This document shows positions 14,814 to 28,335 of a DNA stretch of 64,000 bases, in pieces. Origin of the DNA: Auanema rhodensis. Lineage: Eukaryota; Animalia; Nematoda. The position numbers and the translations under genes are program-made. The stretch covers positions 14,074,001 to 14,138,000 of the forward strand of contig OZ059897.1 of the NCBI GenBank assembly GCA_964057225.1. The letters are read 5' to 3'. The notes beneath the pieces are model-generated. The model had not been told where the DNA came from. It saw only the letters and a program-made list of their open reading frames with translations, and did no database searches. Position 1 is the first letter of the stretch; each line of letters starts with the position of its first letter.

Positions 14814-15990
14814 ATGATATACGTTGTATACCAGCTTCTGCTTTATATGCTTAGTCCAATAGCTCTAATTTGCTTATTTCTTGTATGGTATTGTACTCTA
14901 TATCATGCTTCATCACATATGGGACAAGAATACAGATTCTTCTTATGCTTTCAATGCTCTTTGTAAGTTATTCCTTATTTTTACAACAATTAATGAAAAA
15001 TTTGTTTGAAGTGGCTTGCTTTTTGCTTTTATTGTCTCTGGTGGTGCCACTCCGATATTCTTAGCTCCTTGTTTCGGAATATATTTAACCGGGTTTTTAA
15101 AATATTTTGATTTGTATGCGCTCACCGTAGCGCTATTCGTTTTTTCTTTGGTCTATTGTAAGATTATTAAGAATAATGAACAATATTTCAAGAATTATTA
15201 AGATTATGCAGGAATTACACTAATGATGTTCTATCTACGATATGAAGCATTGCAGTTAAGATCACGAAATACAATGAAATATGTTTTATACGGAGTATCA
15301 TTTGCCGTTTATTTTGTGGTACCTTGGACTATTTCCATCATAACAAAGCTTGAAAATGTAAAAGAAGTAAAAAATGATTGCTTAAAGGTCTGTTTTTGTA
15401 ATTAGCCATATCACAATGAATATTCAGATATATAAAGGTGATCCTATGGATATTTTGAAGAAAGAAAGTATAGTTGTATCATACACCAATTCAGGAATAT
15501 ATTTCGATTTTTTTCTATATGCTTCTATAGTGTGTATTATACTCTTTCTAATTACACTTTCTATAATACTAACGTTTATGTGGAAAAGCTTTAACGATCT
15601 AAAAAACACGATGTCTCAACAAGCGCTAAGCACACATAAACTGTTTTTGAAAGTTAATTTTATTCAGGTTTCAATTGTGTCTTATTTAGTTTTCGTAATT
15701 AAACTTATAGACTTGTACATTGGTTATATTCGCTTCATTGGGCTTAGTATTCCTAGTGTTGCCATATTTCAATATCATTGTAATAGGTAACACACGAAAT
15801 ATTGACAAATATTGTTTTCTTTTCCCTTTCAGAAATTCAAAATACTACTAATGTATTGTTTTGCGTCATCTTCATATGTGGACCGATGTATGGGATATAT
15901 ACAGTTCCTTCTTATAGAGCAGGAATTCTCCATATGTTCAAAATAAAACAATATCAAATCAGGTTTATAACATTTTATTCTCGTACGTAG
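14814..15990 (+). CDS. Serpentine chemoreceptor copy 5, type A (mosaic)
   Basis: Same structure. Exon 2 FAFIVSGGATP and exon 4 IYFDFFLYASIV are type A; intron 2 is type B. Confidence 0.88.
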
Positions 15991-17279
15991 GTTCACGTCC
16001 ATTATGCAAATTGCACGTGAGCAAATTTTTCTCTTAAATGTGCAAACCAAGCTATTGCTATCAATCTGCGCAAGCTGATTTCATATTTCAAGCTCAACGA
16101 TTTTTGAACTCCTCATATCAACTATTAATTGAAATTCTTCGAATGACTTTAATAAAACAATTTCAGGGTAGTGACGGTTTTTGAGAACATGAGTAAAAAC
16201 CGAGTATTTTTTTCTTAATAATATAATTATATTATACTTTTTAAACATGGTTCTTTATGCCAGCTGATCTTATAATTACAAAGTAATATTTGCACTGCTT
16301 ATTACGTACTGAGTTTATATATGATTACAAGTCGTATTCGTTGGCAAGTTGAATTCTTTTATTTATTTCTTGTTTGTGAAAGGTTTTTTTTAAAATTAAA
16401 TTAGATCTGCGTTCAGATTCTAGATCTAGCGTGTTGGATTATTTACATCAACAGAATAATATACACCGTACTGTCGAAATAAAAAATAGTCTATAATCAC
16501 CTTTTTCTTGGTATTCACCTGCATTATATCCATGCTCAATTGATTTTGCTTCAACATCGAGGTGCAGAATTGGACACAACAGAATTTTTTGTCAATCACA
16601 CACTTCTTCTATTTTTATAGATATAATTTTTTGTCTTTGTTACAATAGTTTGGTGAATTTAGTAAACGATTATAGTATAAAAAATATATTAAATCTTCAT
16701 CCAACAAAAAGTTTTCTTATATTTTATGATGTAATAGCTTTATATCCTTGATATGTCTCCTGATTGCATTCAAAATAAGTCAGTTTTTCCTTGTGAGCTT
16801 AACAAGCTGGACGTTATGGTATAGCCTTATCGAATGGATCCATAGACACTTTCCTCGATCAGATGGATCAAGACAACAAACCTCGTATCAATAGATAGCT
16901 TCAGAAAGGGATACCCCAAAGGAGACCGGGTGAAACACATCTCATTTCCACCGAAAGAACGTGAAAGATTCAGCTTGGCGAGAATTTGTTCGAGAGATTA
17001 GCAGGATTCTCTATTTTCAACTCGGAAAGACCGTCTTTCTTATGGAACTCCCCAAGTCGTATTTCAACTTCAATAACCCACCATGAAAGATGAAAAGCTC
17101 ACCACAGTCCTCGACTTCCTTAAATTCTGTTTCTAACGAAGAAACTGTTGTGGCTTATGTGATATATTCCAATATGTTTTAAACCGTGAACATCATAGAA
17201 ACATGAATGTAATATTATCCTCTTTTTATTTACATATTTTATATTTTACAAACAAATTAAAAAATATCATAAATTCAGT

Positions 17280-18404
17280 TTAAGCTTTTTCTAGGAAGCC
17301 AGTCCTATGTGCAAATTCTGGAAAACATTTCGACATTACTTGGTCCCATTCCTTACGTTTGTCATCCGTTCTTAAAAAAAACATTAAAAACAATTAGGAT
17401 AATTTCTATACATACGCTATGTCAAGAGGTTGAAGATCTGCTCCATGAGTTAGTATTGTATGCTTTCTCATTCCCGGTTTCCTAAAAACAATTATTTCTT
17501 GGCTGATAGCAGAATGAAAAAAGTACAAACCTATAATCAGTATAATCACATTCTGGACACTGTAAAGATCGTTTATTTGAATGCATAGCCATGACATGCA
17601 TTTGTAAATTCCATCTACCACCTCGCGGAGCCTTAACTTTAGTTCCACAGAGCTTTAATGGTTCTTTATTTAAAATCTAGAAGAAGATGATTCACCCTGC
17701 ACTTATGATAATATTTATCAGGATCTTGAATATCGGATAATTTCGATTTTCTATTGGGAGATGTATCGGATGCTCCTGCTAAACTTTGCTGTGCTTGAGC
17801 TAGCAAATCCAATCCTGAACTAGAATATTCATCAAATCCATGAGTAATGTTGTGATTCACCTTCCGTAAAATCAAAGAAATTTGTGGGTCCCTCTTCACT
17901 ATCTGCTAAGCATTCGCCATTATTATCGTCGTCCAAACTGAGATCTGATTTCATATTAAATTGTAAATCATCATCATTATAAGAGTGTATCATATCAAGA
18001 ATTCGTTGATTGGTTTCCGAATCTGAACGACAATTTGATGTTGTTGGTGATGATATACTGAAAAGAAAAGAAATATCAAATAGTTTGTTTCATTATACTT
18101 GAAAAATATATACCGAGAATTTGATGTTCGTGCTTCTTCTCGAAGAGTAGCTGAAGAAGATTTTGATGGAATTTGATTTAAGTTTGTATTTAGAATAGTT
18201 TGCTCCAAAGTATCGCAGGAACGGGGTAGAACGAGTGAGGGATGTTTTGACAAATCATCAAGTAACATCATTCTTGAAAATCCATTTTCTAGCTATAATA
18301 AAATAGAATAGAAGAATTTTTGAGAAAAGACCCACCATTAACCGTACTAATTTCACAGCATTTTCATTATCATCACATTCTACCACAAGGAATTTGGCTG
18401 GCAT
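17280..18404 (-). CDS. C2H2 zinc-finger protein (two C-terminal fingers), 7 exons
   Basis: Spliced MPAKFLVVECDDNENAVKLVRLM|LENGF...HKCR|LCGTKVKAPRGGRWNLQMHVMAMH...LQCPECDYTDYR|KPGMRKHTILTH...WDQVMSKCFPEF. Two CxxC...HxxxxH motifs; all introns restore frame. Confidence 0.88.
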
Positions 18405-21400
18405 TCTGAATACCGAACTTATGCAGATGTTACTTTAATATCACAGTAATAGGAAAAAAAGAATAATGAAAGCCAAATTATGCAAATTTGAAATTAATTG
18501 TGATAAGGTATATGTGCTATAATTACGAAGAAAACTGTAATACAAATATATATATATATATATAATCAGAATTTGTAACTTAATAACAAAATAACCGAGA
18601 TAATCGATAATCTGATGTTATAATAAGAGATATAAGCAAGTTTTTCACATCATTAATGTTTCAAGGTATAACCAAAGAGCATCTATATAGGCGATTTTGG
18701 CTGATTAAAAAAAAGTATTATTGAAATCATTAAAACATGTGATTGGTCATATTTTTGTTTCTTTTAGATTCATAGAAAGTAACATTGGTAATACTTTCAC
18801 AAAGTTCCCCCACACTTATCTCATTGTTTGAATGAAGACTGAGGATAGATATTGGAAACAATCGGCAGTTTGCCGGGTGGTCTGTTGCCTGGACCCGGCT
18901 TATCTAGGACAAGTCCGACTAAGTGGGACAGCAGGCCAGTCGACCAGCGTTCCGTTGCAATACAACTGAACGAACGAATGTTTAAGGCAGAAACATTGAA
19001 GAGAAGACAGCGACGATAAAGTAGATGAAGAACTTAAACAATAAGAACACCATGATTTCGGATAAATTCATATACGTATACGTATACATATAAATATATA
19101 AAATAGAGAACAACATCCATAGGACGATGACAAGACTTCCTAAACGTACAACATGCTGACAGACAATTAGACGTTGAAAAATATGAAAGAGAGAGATGCA
19201 AAATGGAACGATAATCTAAACATAGAAAGGACAGTCTTTTAGTTAAGAACAGATTTTAAATTCAATGGGTAATAATATATAAATTAAAATGATTACAATT
19301 TACAAATAATAGTTCTATTTTCCGGATAGTTTTTAACCAAAAAATGCAAGCTGACAACTAGAAAAGATGTTCAATTCTTAACATAGTAATGAAAAATAAA
19401 TCAACACTTATTCAGTCAATAGATAACAAAATCTACTGCAAAAACCTAGTGCCTATATTTATCAAGAGATTTGAGAAAGAAAATACTCGTAAAAAATGCA
19501 AAGTACTTAATCGAAACATTAGTTGTATACTTATTAATAAACAATTTTTGCAAACATTAGTTAGGAATATTAAATCTTTTATGATTATTAAAAAAGAACG
19601 GGCCATTGATTGAAGAGATGGCAACCTTAATGCTCCTAACCAACCTCGCAGGACCTTTGTCCTAATCGATATGTGTGCTGAACGTCCTACATGATGAAGG
19701 GAGAAAGGACGCAGAGTATAAACCAGAAAGCGTATAGAACATCAAGTGAATAGAACTGAAGAAGGAAGAGAGAAAGAAATAAAGAGAAAGAACATGAAAA
19801 AAGCAGGAAAGAAAGACAGAAAATAAGAGAATTTGAGAGGTGAAGAAGAAAAATTGTAGTACTTGTATATCTAAGATGTATACATCTGGTTAAGACTGCC
19901 TCGATACTACTGAAGACTAGGAATAGTCTCCCTCTCTCTCTCTCTGTCTCTTTCTTTCAACCATGATGTTCTGCTAGTCTGGAATGTAGATTAGCTATCG
20001 GCTATATATTCGATCTGCTGAATAGGAGAGGTGAACAGCAGGCCAGAAATGGGAAAAAGACGAATTGAGTGATCAACGAGATGCGGTGATGTATTGTTCG
20101 CCTGAATTTCTGATAATTGCCTTCTTAAATTTTGAAGAAAAGCATGATTATCAAAAATAATGAATTGATTGTAACCATCGTAATATATTTGAAACATGCA
20201 TAGGCAAAATAAGGAGATGGAAATATAAATGTATTGTTAAAGAACAAACAACACCAGAAGTATTTCATGTATATCCGCTCTTCACATCTCACTGGCAAGA
20301 AATAAAATGAATGTTCCACTGCAACACGTAAAAAAATATATTAAAATTAGTCACATGCTTGTCGTCATTTTTTGTGGTTTTCAAAGCTGATGCCAAAATG
20401 AAACAATCAAAACTTAATGAAATAAATAAATTATGGAGATGTTCAACGTATAATCTAAGTCAAAATCATGCAATCCGTTGTCCATACATAAATGTTCGAT
20501 CAAGGCGTCCTACACTGATGTTCTGTTCATTGCGACGCAAGTTAGACCGGTTTTTGGGGTTTCTCACTGACGCTGACCACATTCAGATGAAACATGCTTA
20601 AGAATAGTTCTACTACAGTCCTAACAACAAATTGGTTAACTTGTGTAGTTAGAAAATCCTGCTCAATGTTAATTCAAAACAAAACATGCAGAATTTAAAA
20701 TTATATAAGTTATCTTCACTTTTTCCAAAATTGTCCTTTAATATATGAGTTGTTCATTGTCAGCTCGAGTCTTCAAGTTGTACTTTAAGTTTATCATGTT
20801 GAACTTGAGATATCTCCTTACAGAAAGCTTTAAAGTTTTTTTACAACAATACTTCATGAATAATTCTTCAAAATTTAAATGAAATATTTAAACATTTGAA
20901 TATCTCATATTACAATCCTTATCTATATTTATTAAGTTTTTTTAGTCATTTTCAGAATTTTTTGTCGATTTAAGTTTGTTGAAGATTATAATATTAATAT
21001 AAATTTAAAAAGAATTCAGAATAAGTTAATAGAAATTGAAATATATTCAACTTTTTGAAAAAAAAGGAAGTTCATCTAGTCAAGATCCACACATTCAAAA
21101 TTAGTTCCATTATTGAAGCTCAATACTTTTGTTGAGAAAAAAATGTACTTGCAATCCTTCATCATCTCTGTTCATCATCTGCATTCGTGAGCTGTTCAAA
21201 TTTATATAATGACGGTTTTGTAGAAAAATGGTCATATTATGTTTATGTTTCCAGAAGAACACTAATGTGAACATCAGCATCTTCATTAAAAATCATCTTA
21301 TTAGGAGCATCTTCGCTTTGTGGGTGAGCCAGACGTTTTTATTATTCATAGACTGACATCATAATCTTTAACATTTGCTATTTCTTTGAAGCAAACGGAA

Positions 21401-23297
21401 TATTTTAACAACTTTTGTAGATTAGATATTGCAAATACATTAGTTCATATTTCTAAATTTAGCTGCACATCAATTTTGATCCTGTCCACGATCTTTTGCA
21501 ACATTTCGCTTTTTTTTTGGTCTATTCTCTTTTTCTTCTGACTGCCGTCTAAAGATTTGCCTCAAGGGACAACAGTAAATATGCCTTCAGGCAATAATAC
21601 TTGAAAGAAGCGTGGAATAGCGTTTTCACTCCTATACCACTTCAGTCATATCATGAATCTGAAGTTTCAGGCCGTCACTCACTACTAACCTCCTATAAAA
21701 TCTATTGTTTCCTTTCATGACTCATAATCTTTCATTTATCCTTTTTTTAACTGTTGTCCACTCTCTGAATTTCCTTCACTCTCTTTACCATTTTCTTGAC
21801 TAACTCTTTGATGTTCATGTATTTTCACTTCCGGCTTTTAGAGGTGAAGCATAGATGTTTCAACTAGATATAATAAATGCTTTTCACCATTTTTGAATGA
21901 ATAAAGACCAAATGAATTTGGCCTTCATTTGAATAGTATGACTTTGAAAGCTTAGTGTTATTCCTTGATTAATCTTTTAAAAATATTTGGTGAATACTAA
22001 GAACACGTGACATCGTCTCTCATTTTTTCTACTGATTTATGCCAATTTTTCACTGAAATGCTAGAGGCTACTATAAATCTTAAGTTATTTGGTGGAGAAA
22101 AAAAATTGCTCTCATAGTTTTCTTGACAACAAATAGAAAAATCATACAATTTCTGTGTTGTCTTGTCTGACGGGTTATTTTCAAGCATTTTAAAAATTTT
22201 CCTTTTCATTAAAATTATAGAAATCTACGTGTATTGTAGTGTTTCATACAATGAGTTAGAGAGCGAATGGAGAATTAGTTGTATTATTTTCATAAATATT
22301 CTATATATTCGTAAAATTTTCTTGGAAAGTGACTAATTGACAGAATACTTTTCTTTATTTTTCGAAATTATATCTCAGCTCTCTGTTAATCGTTTTATTA
22401 GCTTTGTCAAGATGTATAAATAAAAGTTCTGAGTTTATAAAATAGCCAAAGTCATAAGAATCTTTTCATAACTTAAAGTATAACAGCGTTTAGATTACAA
22501 AGCAGTTAAGAGGATGAAACAACTACAACATTTTCAATTCAGTTAAATAGAAAAATGAGAATAAAAGAAAGAAAAAACAGGAAGACATGCTATGCTCATT
22601 TGGCAGCGTTTGTTCTGGCTATCTATCCCTGTAGCTATGTTTCAGACTCAAGTTTGACCATGGCTTTACATGCTGCTTCATGTTTGTTTTTTTCTTTGAA
22701 ATATTTTATGTTTATAATATTTATTCACATAAATATATATATATACATATATATATTGCTGGAAAGTTTTTCAAATAAAATATACAATTGTATAAAATAA
22801 TATTTTTTATGTTTATCCTTTTATATATGTACATTCGTTTTACTTATGTCTGATTTTTTGAAAATTCATACTCAATTATAAAATAAGTTTTAGTTATTCT
22901 ATAAATTATTATTTATAGTGAAATAATATATGCAAAATTTTAATTATTTTTTTATTATGCATTTGGTCAGTTTTTTTTTGTGTGATCTTCAAAAGACTTT
23001 CCTAATACTCTACAGAGCTGTTCATCACTTTTACATTTTTTTTCTAAGAAAGATGAAATATTGAGCAATTTTGAAACACATTTCAGTTCATGTTTAGGAA
23101 GCTATATGAAATATAGTTTTTTTTTTTGAAAAAAAAATTAGACTAACTCAAGACAAGTTGACCCTCTTGAACTAGCTGAGATAATATTTATGTACCCTTG
23201 GGGCATATGCAAAACTAAATGCTTAAGTCGCACGTCTTTCAAATTTTGACTTTAGGATCGATTTCTTCTTTTTGTTAAAAATTAAATAAGAAAAACT

Positions 23298-23299
23298 AT

Positions 23300-23326
<27 letters not shown>
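23298..23326. repeat. (TA)n microsatellite
   Basis: Uninterrupted TA dinucleotide run. Confidence 0.9.
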
Positions 23327-23330
<4 letters not shown>

Positions 23331-25602
23331 TAAAGAAAATAATCTCAAAGACTATTATTCAAATTATTTAATAAATCATAAGTGGCAATGGAATTTTTTC
23401 CTTTTTTGCCTGTATCAATGAAACAAAATTTTAATAATTAGCAACTATGTGCAGATCCTATGTGACGTAATGAATGCAAATCAAATTTTTTGTCCTTCAA
23501 GAAAGCCAAATGAAATGCTTTTATATTAGAATTTAAATAGATAGAATGAGGGAATGGAATAAAAGAAAAATGAAGCTGTCATGTTAATCTTATATAATTA
23601 TCTATTCGACTAAGATATTGTGGCCTTAACATGAATTCCGCTTTCGCTTTAAAACCTTTTTTTGCCGTTTGTTCTCTGCTCCGTAACCATCTTACTAATT
23701 ATGTAATAGGTTATTGCTTCGATGCTTTTTATATTTTTTTTCTTTCTGTAAACTACTGAATGTAATGTGCTAATTTATACTCCAGTATTTTAGGTTACGT
23801 TTTAACGTTTTTAGTAAAATTAATTTTGTTAATTTTTAAATTTAAAACATTAGTAAGAATTACTCAAAAGTTGTAGAAAACCAAGTTTGTTTCAACAAAC
23901 TGTTCCAATTTGAATATACAAGTATTGATAAACACAACATCTAAGAAAACACATTTCGAAAATTTGAAAAAGTTTAATTCAGAAATTATTCTAAAAAGCT
24001 TGATTGGAAAATGTATGAAATATTTACTGTTGCTCACTGCGTTTGGATTCCCATATTTGTAGAAGCGGCCGTTTCAATCTTATTTTCTCTATTTGATTTC
24101 AAACATTCGTCTGTTTTTGTTTGTTATTTAGAAATATTTATGATCTTAATTGCTAAAAACATGCTCCATGAAGTATTATCTATAAAATTTGGAATATAGA
24201 TATATACATATCTTGAAGGAAAGAAAGAAAAACAACATAAAACTTAGGCATAAGTTTTAAGCTTGTATTGAAAGAACTATCAAGGGACTCTCTCAAGGGA
24301 TACCGCTTTTGAGATATGACCAATCTCATTCAGTTATTAACTTCTGTTTTCAATAGTTATTTCTTCATATTTATATCTGATTCCTAGCATATTTCTCATC
24401 TTTCATAAACAAAACAGAGCACATGATAATATATCTTTGAGGTTTATATTTAAAATCATATAAAATAATTATTAAATTATTAGAAATTACTATTTTTAAT
24501 AATATTAGCCAACACATATATCTAATTTCTTCTGTGTTTTTTTTATCTTCATAACAATTGTTTTGAGCATTTGTTGGCATGCCTGTAAACTGAGCGATTT
24601 TTTTCTTTTATTCGTGAAAAAAATTAACATTTAACAGAGTCAGTTCAAATCTTTAATTGATTTTATAAAATTTTCAACTAATATTCACAGAGTAAAATAG
24701 ATTATGTATACTTATTTGACTCGAAAATGGAAAGAAAAAGAAAACAACAGAAACATGGATAAAGAGCTACGAAATATTCTGAAGGAATAATTTTTATTTT
24801 TCTGCTCATGCACACATAGCCAACACAAATTTTTAAATTTTATTTCAACTTTATTTTACATACATATGAGTGTGTATTTATGAATGAATTACACTAAAAA
24901 TTATATTTAATGTTTCTTAAACATCATCATTTCCGCAATGAGTCTATACTATGTATGTATATATTATATATTTCTTTCAGTCACAAAATTATGTATCTTA
25001 ATTTTTTACGTATTTTAACGAATCAGAAATCAGAACATCAGTGCAAAAAAAAAAAAACGAATAACATACAAAAAATTCAAGATCGTTGCATGTGATTTGT
25101 AATAGGAAGCGATTTGAAAGCTGAAACTAGTAGTTTTCCCAACCAAGTTTCTTCAAGTCTGAACCTATAATTAGATTTTGATTTGCTTTGCTTCTCCTCA
25201 TTTATATCTGATCTCACTGTCATACTTTGCGTATCTATCTATTCGTCGTTTTCCAATTCTCCGGAAACTCCATCGTTCTTTAAACACTTTTTCCCATATT
25301 GAACTTATTTTAGTTGGAAACATCACTTAGTTAAATCTTCTTTTTGCACAATATATTCTTCTTTTTTTCTTTTTTTTTTTAAATTTGCACCTTTATCCAT
25401 TCACAAATACGTTAACCATATATTAATTATTTTAATCTTACTTTGTTATTTGTTTATAAAATATATTTCAGTATCTTATAGGATTTATTCTTAGATATGA
25501 TTATTTTCATTTTTTTTGTCTTTCTCACTTACTTCATAAAAAAATAATAAGAAAAAAACATTTCTCTTGCATATTCTAGTTTAATCAGATGTGTTGAAAA
25601 GG

Positions 25603-27061
25603 ATGCTCTTTCTCCTCCAGTTTTTGGAGATATGGCCTATAGTTTCAAGGTAGTTTTTTTTCAAGTTTCAAATATAATTGCTTGTTTGTAGTTCGGCGTT
25701 TTCGATTAGAAAGACATCAAATCGAGAACATCACCAACAAGCCAGAAGTGAGCCATGTCTCTTTCCCCGAGCTTTTACTAAGAACTGGGATATATTCTGC
25801 CAATATGACTACCATAAGGTATAACAACTACATATTCACACATCTATAACATTAACTTTGCGTTAACAGATTCAATATATGTGTGATCCAACGGGTATCT
25901 TATCTAGAACGGAAGTTGAAATGCTCGATGTTACTGTTAAGTCATTGAATATGACCTCATGTTTTTGCGGATCTACCTGTGATCCTCATTCAGGTAGCCG
26001 ATTAGGTATTGTTGTTATTCCTAACACAACATTATATGAGTATGCACATTAAATATTAAAATTCCAATAATATTTTCATTTCAGCTTAGAGTTTTGTGAT
26101 AAAACAGTAGATCGTAGTTTGTCAGCGTCATTGCCTATATCTGCATATCAATACGGTTTACTTCTTAATCAACATTGGGCAGATCAATGTAATGTTGATC
26201 TTATGTTACTATATATTCGAATATGGATATCTGATAGAGTAGTTCGACCATTCATTGTTCCTATCTATGCGTGAGTTTTGAACAGAAAATTTTGAAAGAA
26301 AAGAATGTTATTGTTCACAATGAACAAGAAATTTGCTTATTTCGGATTCGAATAAAACACATGTGAATATGAAAACATGAAAAAAATACTTATTTTACAA
26401 GTTAATTCGTCTTAATAATCCCATAAAATATGAATTTTTTTCTGAATATATTGGAAAAATTAATGAATTTTTTTTGAAAACTGTGAATACATTTCGGAGT
26501 TTCGGAGTCGGGTTCTTGCTTTCCTAATCAGTTTTCGTTTTTTTTTCAGGAATTCCTTCCAACGTTTCCAAAGATTTAGTCGTCCTGTGGCAACGAATAT
26601 TCGAGAGCCTGTGTTATCTGTCCTACAACGTGCTTTGAAACAAAATAAAAAAATAATAGAGTCAGAACAAAGAGAGGTGTTGCCTTATTCGTTTTGTATT
26701 TTTGATGAAAATTATTTTTTTCTTTTTTTTTCAGACAAATACATCTATTCCTGATTGGGCGAAGCTAACTGCTGTAGGCATGGTGTCATTTGTATGTTTA
26801 GCTTTTTACATTGCCAATTGCGTGACGAACAAAATGGGAAAAACACAGCAGGTAGGCCTAATCATCAAATACGCTTCGAAAAATCCGTTTTTTTGTTTGC
26901 AGAAGTCCAAAACATCTGTGGCTTCAACAAGAAAATCCTCAGACCGTTTTCGAGCAGGATTTGGCGGTGGAATGATTATGAATCAGACACAACAAAAGAA
27001 AAGTGTGATGATGTTCAGGACTTTTTCAAAGACTCCTAGAAATAATGTTAATCGTCTTTAA
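25603..27061 (+). CDS. MOLO-1-like (TPM-domain) single-pass membrane protein, 7 exons
   Basis: Spliced MLFLLQFLEIWPIVSS...|IQYMCDPTGILSRTEVEML...QHWADQCNVDLMLLYI...|IPDWAKLTAVGMVSFVCLAFYIANC (TM)...|DRFRAGFGGGM. The CDP.GILS motif and topology match the nematode MOLO-1 family; orthology not established. Confidence 0.72.
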
Positions 27062-28335
27062 AAACTTGAAGATTTCAAATGTAGCTTTTAAGTTATTTTT
27101 GTTTTTATTTTATGTAATTTCTTTAAAAAAGAAATAAAAATGTTTTTTTTTTCACACATTTGTCTGTTATCAATATATTAAAGTTTTAAATAAACATAAA
27201 AATATGAAAAAGAATATGTATATTTTGACTTTTAAACTTAATAATCTATAAAACAAATCTACAACAAACTTGAAAATACTGTATGTACGTTTATAACTCT
27301 ATGAAGAAATAAAATCATTTAATCATTCAAAAACTTCCTTTTTCTGCAAATACTCGTTTTCTTTGATTGTATAGAATTGCATATTTAAATTATAATTATT
27401 TTATTATTTTTAATTTTTAATTTCTAATTTCATATTTATTTTTAGTTTACTTGATTTTTCGTATGATTTATATGAACGTGATGTATTTCAAAACTGAAAA
27501 TGTTCAACTTTAGTTGCAGATCTCAAAATTGATATTGCGTAATTTTGCAGATGAAGCTGAAAGCATTACTCAGTATTTGAATTTTCATTGAATAGTGCTC
27601 TTTGAGAGATTATTTTATTCTAGATAACATATTGTATTAGGATACACTATAAAGATGAAATTCTGATCTAAATGAAAAATGAGTGTTCTGAAGATGTACC
27701 TTATGATCATAAAACTTAATTTATCGGGTCAATAAATGAGAGATAAGGTTATCTATGAGAATATGTGAGAGAAGAAAAGTAATGGATTGATAGAGAAAGA
27801 GGTACGCTATCCCAAAGATGAAAAGAGAAAATGAGAGAAGTTTGTTTGAAAAATTGCCCAAGAATCTCGATGTATTCATAGCAGGAGCAACAGACAAAAA
27901 TCGTAAATCTTCTTATCTTGGAACTAATTGATGAGAAGCCCTTTTCGTTATTTCGATATGTTCGATATGAAAAGGATACAATGCGTAATCGCGTAAACTA
28001 GTAATCTTAGAAAATCTTGTGAATCCATGTTCGTTCTTCGAATAACATTTCCCATTCATCATTTAACCTACCATTGCATTACTATAACGTTTATATCATG
28101 ATATAACATAAGATAAATTAAGTTTTTTCATTTCATTTACCTAATTTATTATATAAATCTTTATCTATGTGATATTATTGCGCTGAATAATAATTGCGAT
28201 AGCTGTTATTCGACATAATATTATTCTTTTCATATTATCATAATGAAGTTGGATTTTAGTAATTAACTAACTTATGTCGTAATTGTATTTAGAAACTTTT
28301 TATTTCAGTTTGATAATTAGAGTTAAAATACACTA

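Larger units (their letters stand above)
221..16202 (+). repeat. Tandem segmental array: 1 partial + 5 full units, each a chemoreceptor gene plus spacer
   Basis: Homologous ATGs at 1385, 4887, 8072, 11258, 14814 (periods 3502, 3185, 3186, 3556). Spacers nearly identical. Similarity ends abruptly after GAGTAAAAACCG at about 16202. Confidence 0.97.

Noticed and set aside
18860-18960. HDV-like ribozyme, SRP RNA or telomerase RNA identity for the GC island
   Set aside because: No room for the HDV P3/L3 element, only a short chance-level resemblance to SRP RNA, and no telomeric template; kept only as an unassigned candidate.
19000-25500. Short ORFs and a coding-like patch at ~21100-21900
   Set aside because: No motifs, no consistent splice pattern, multiple stops; treated as intergenic or unidentifiable relic.
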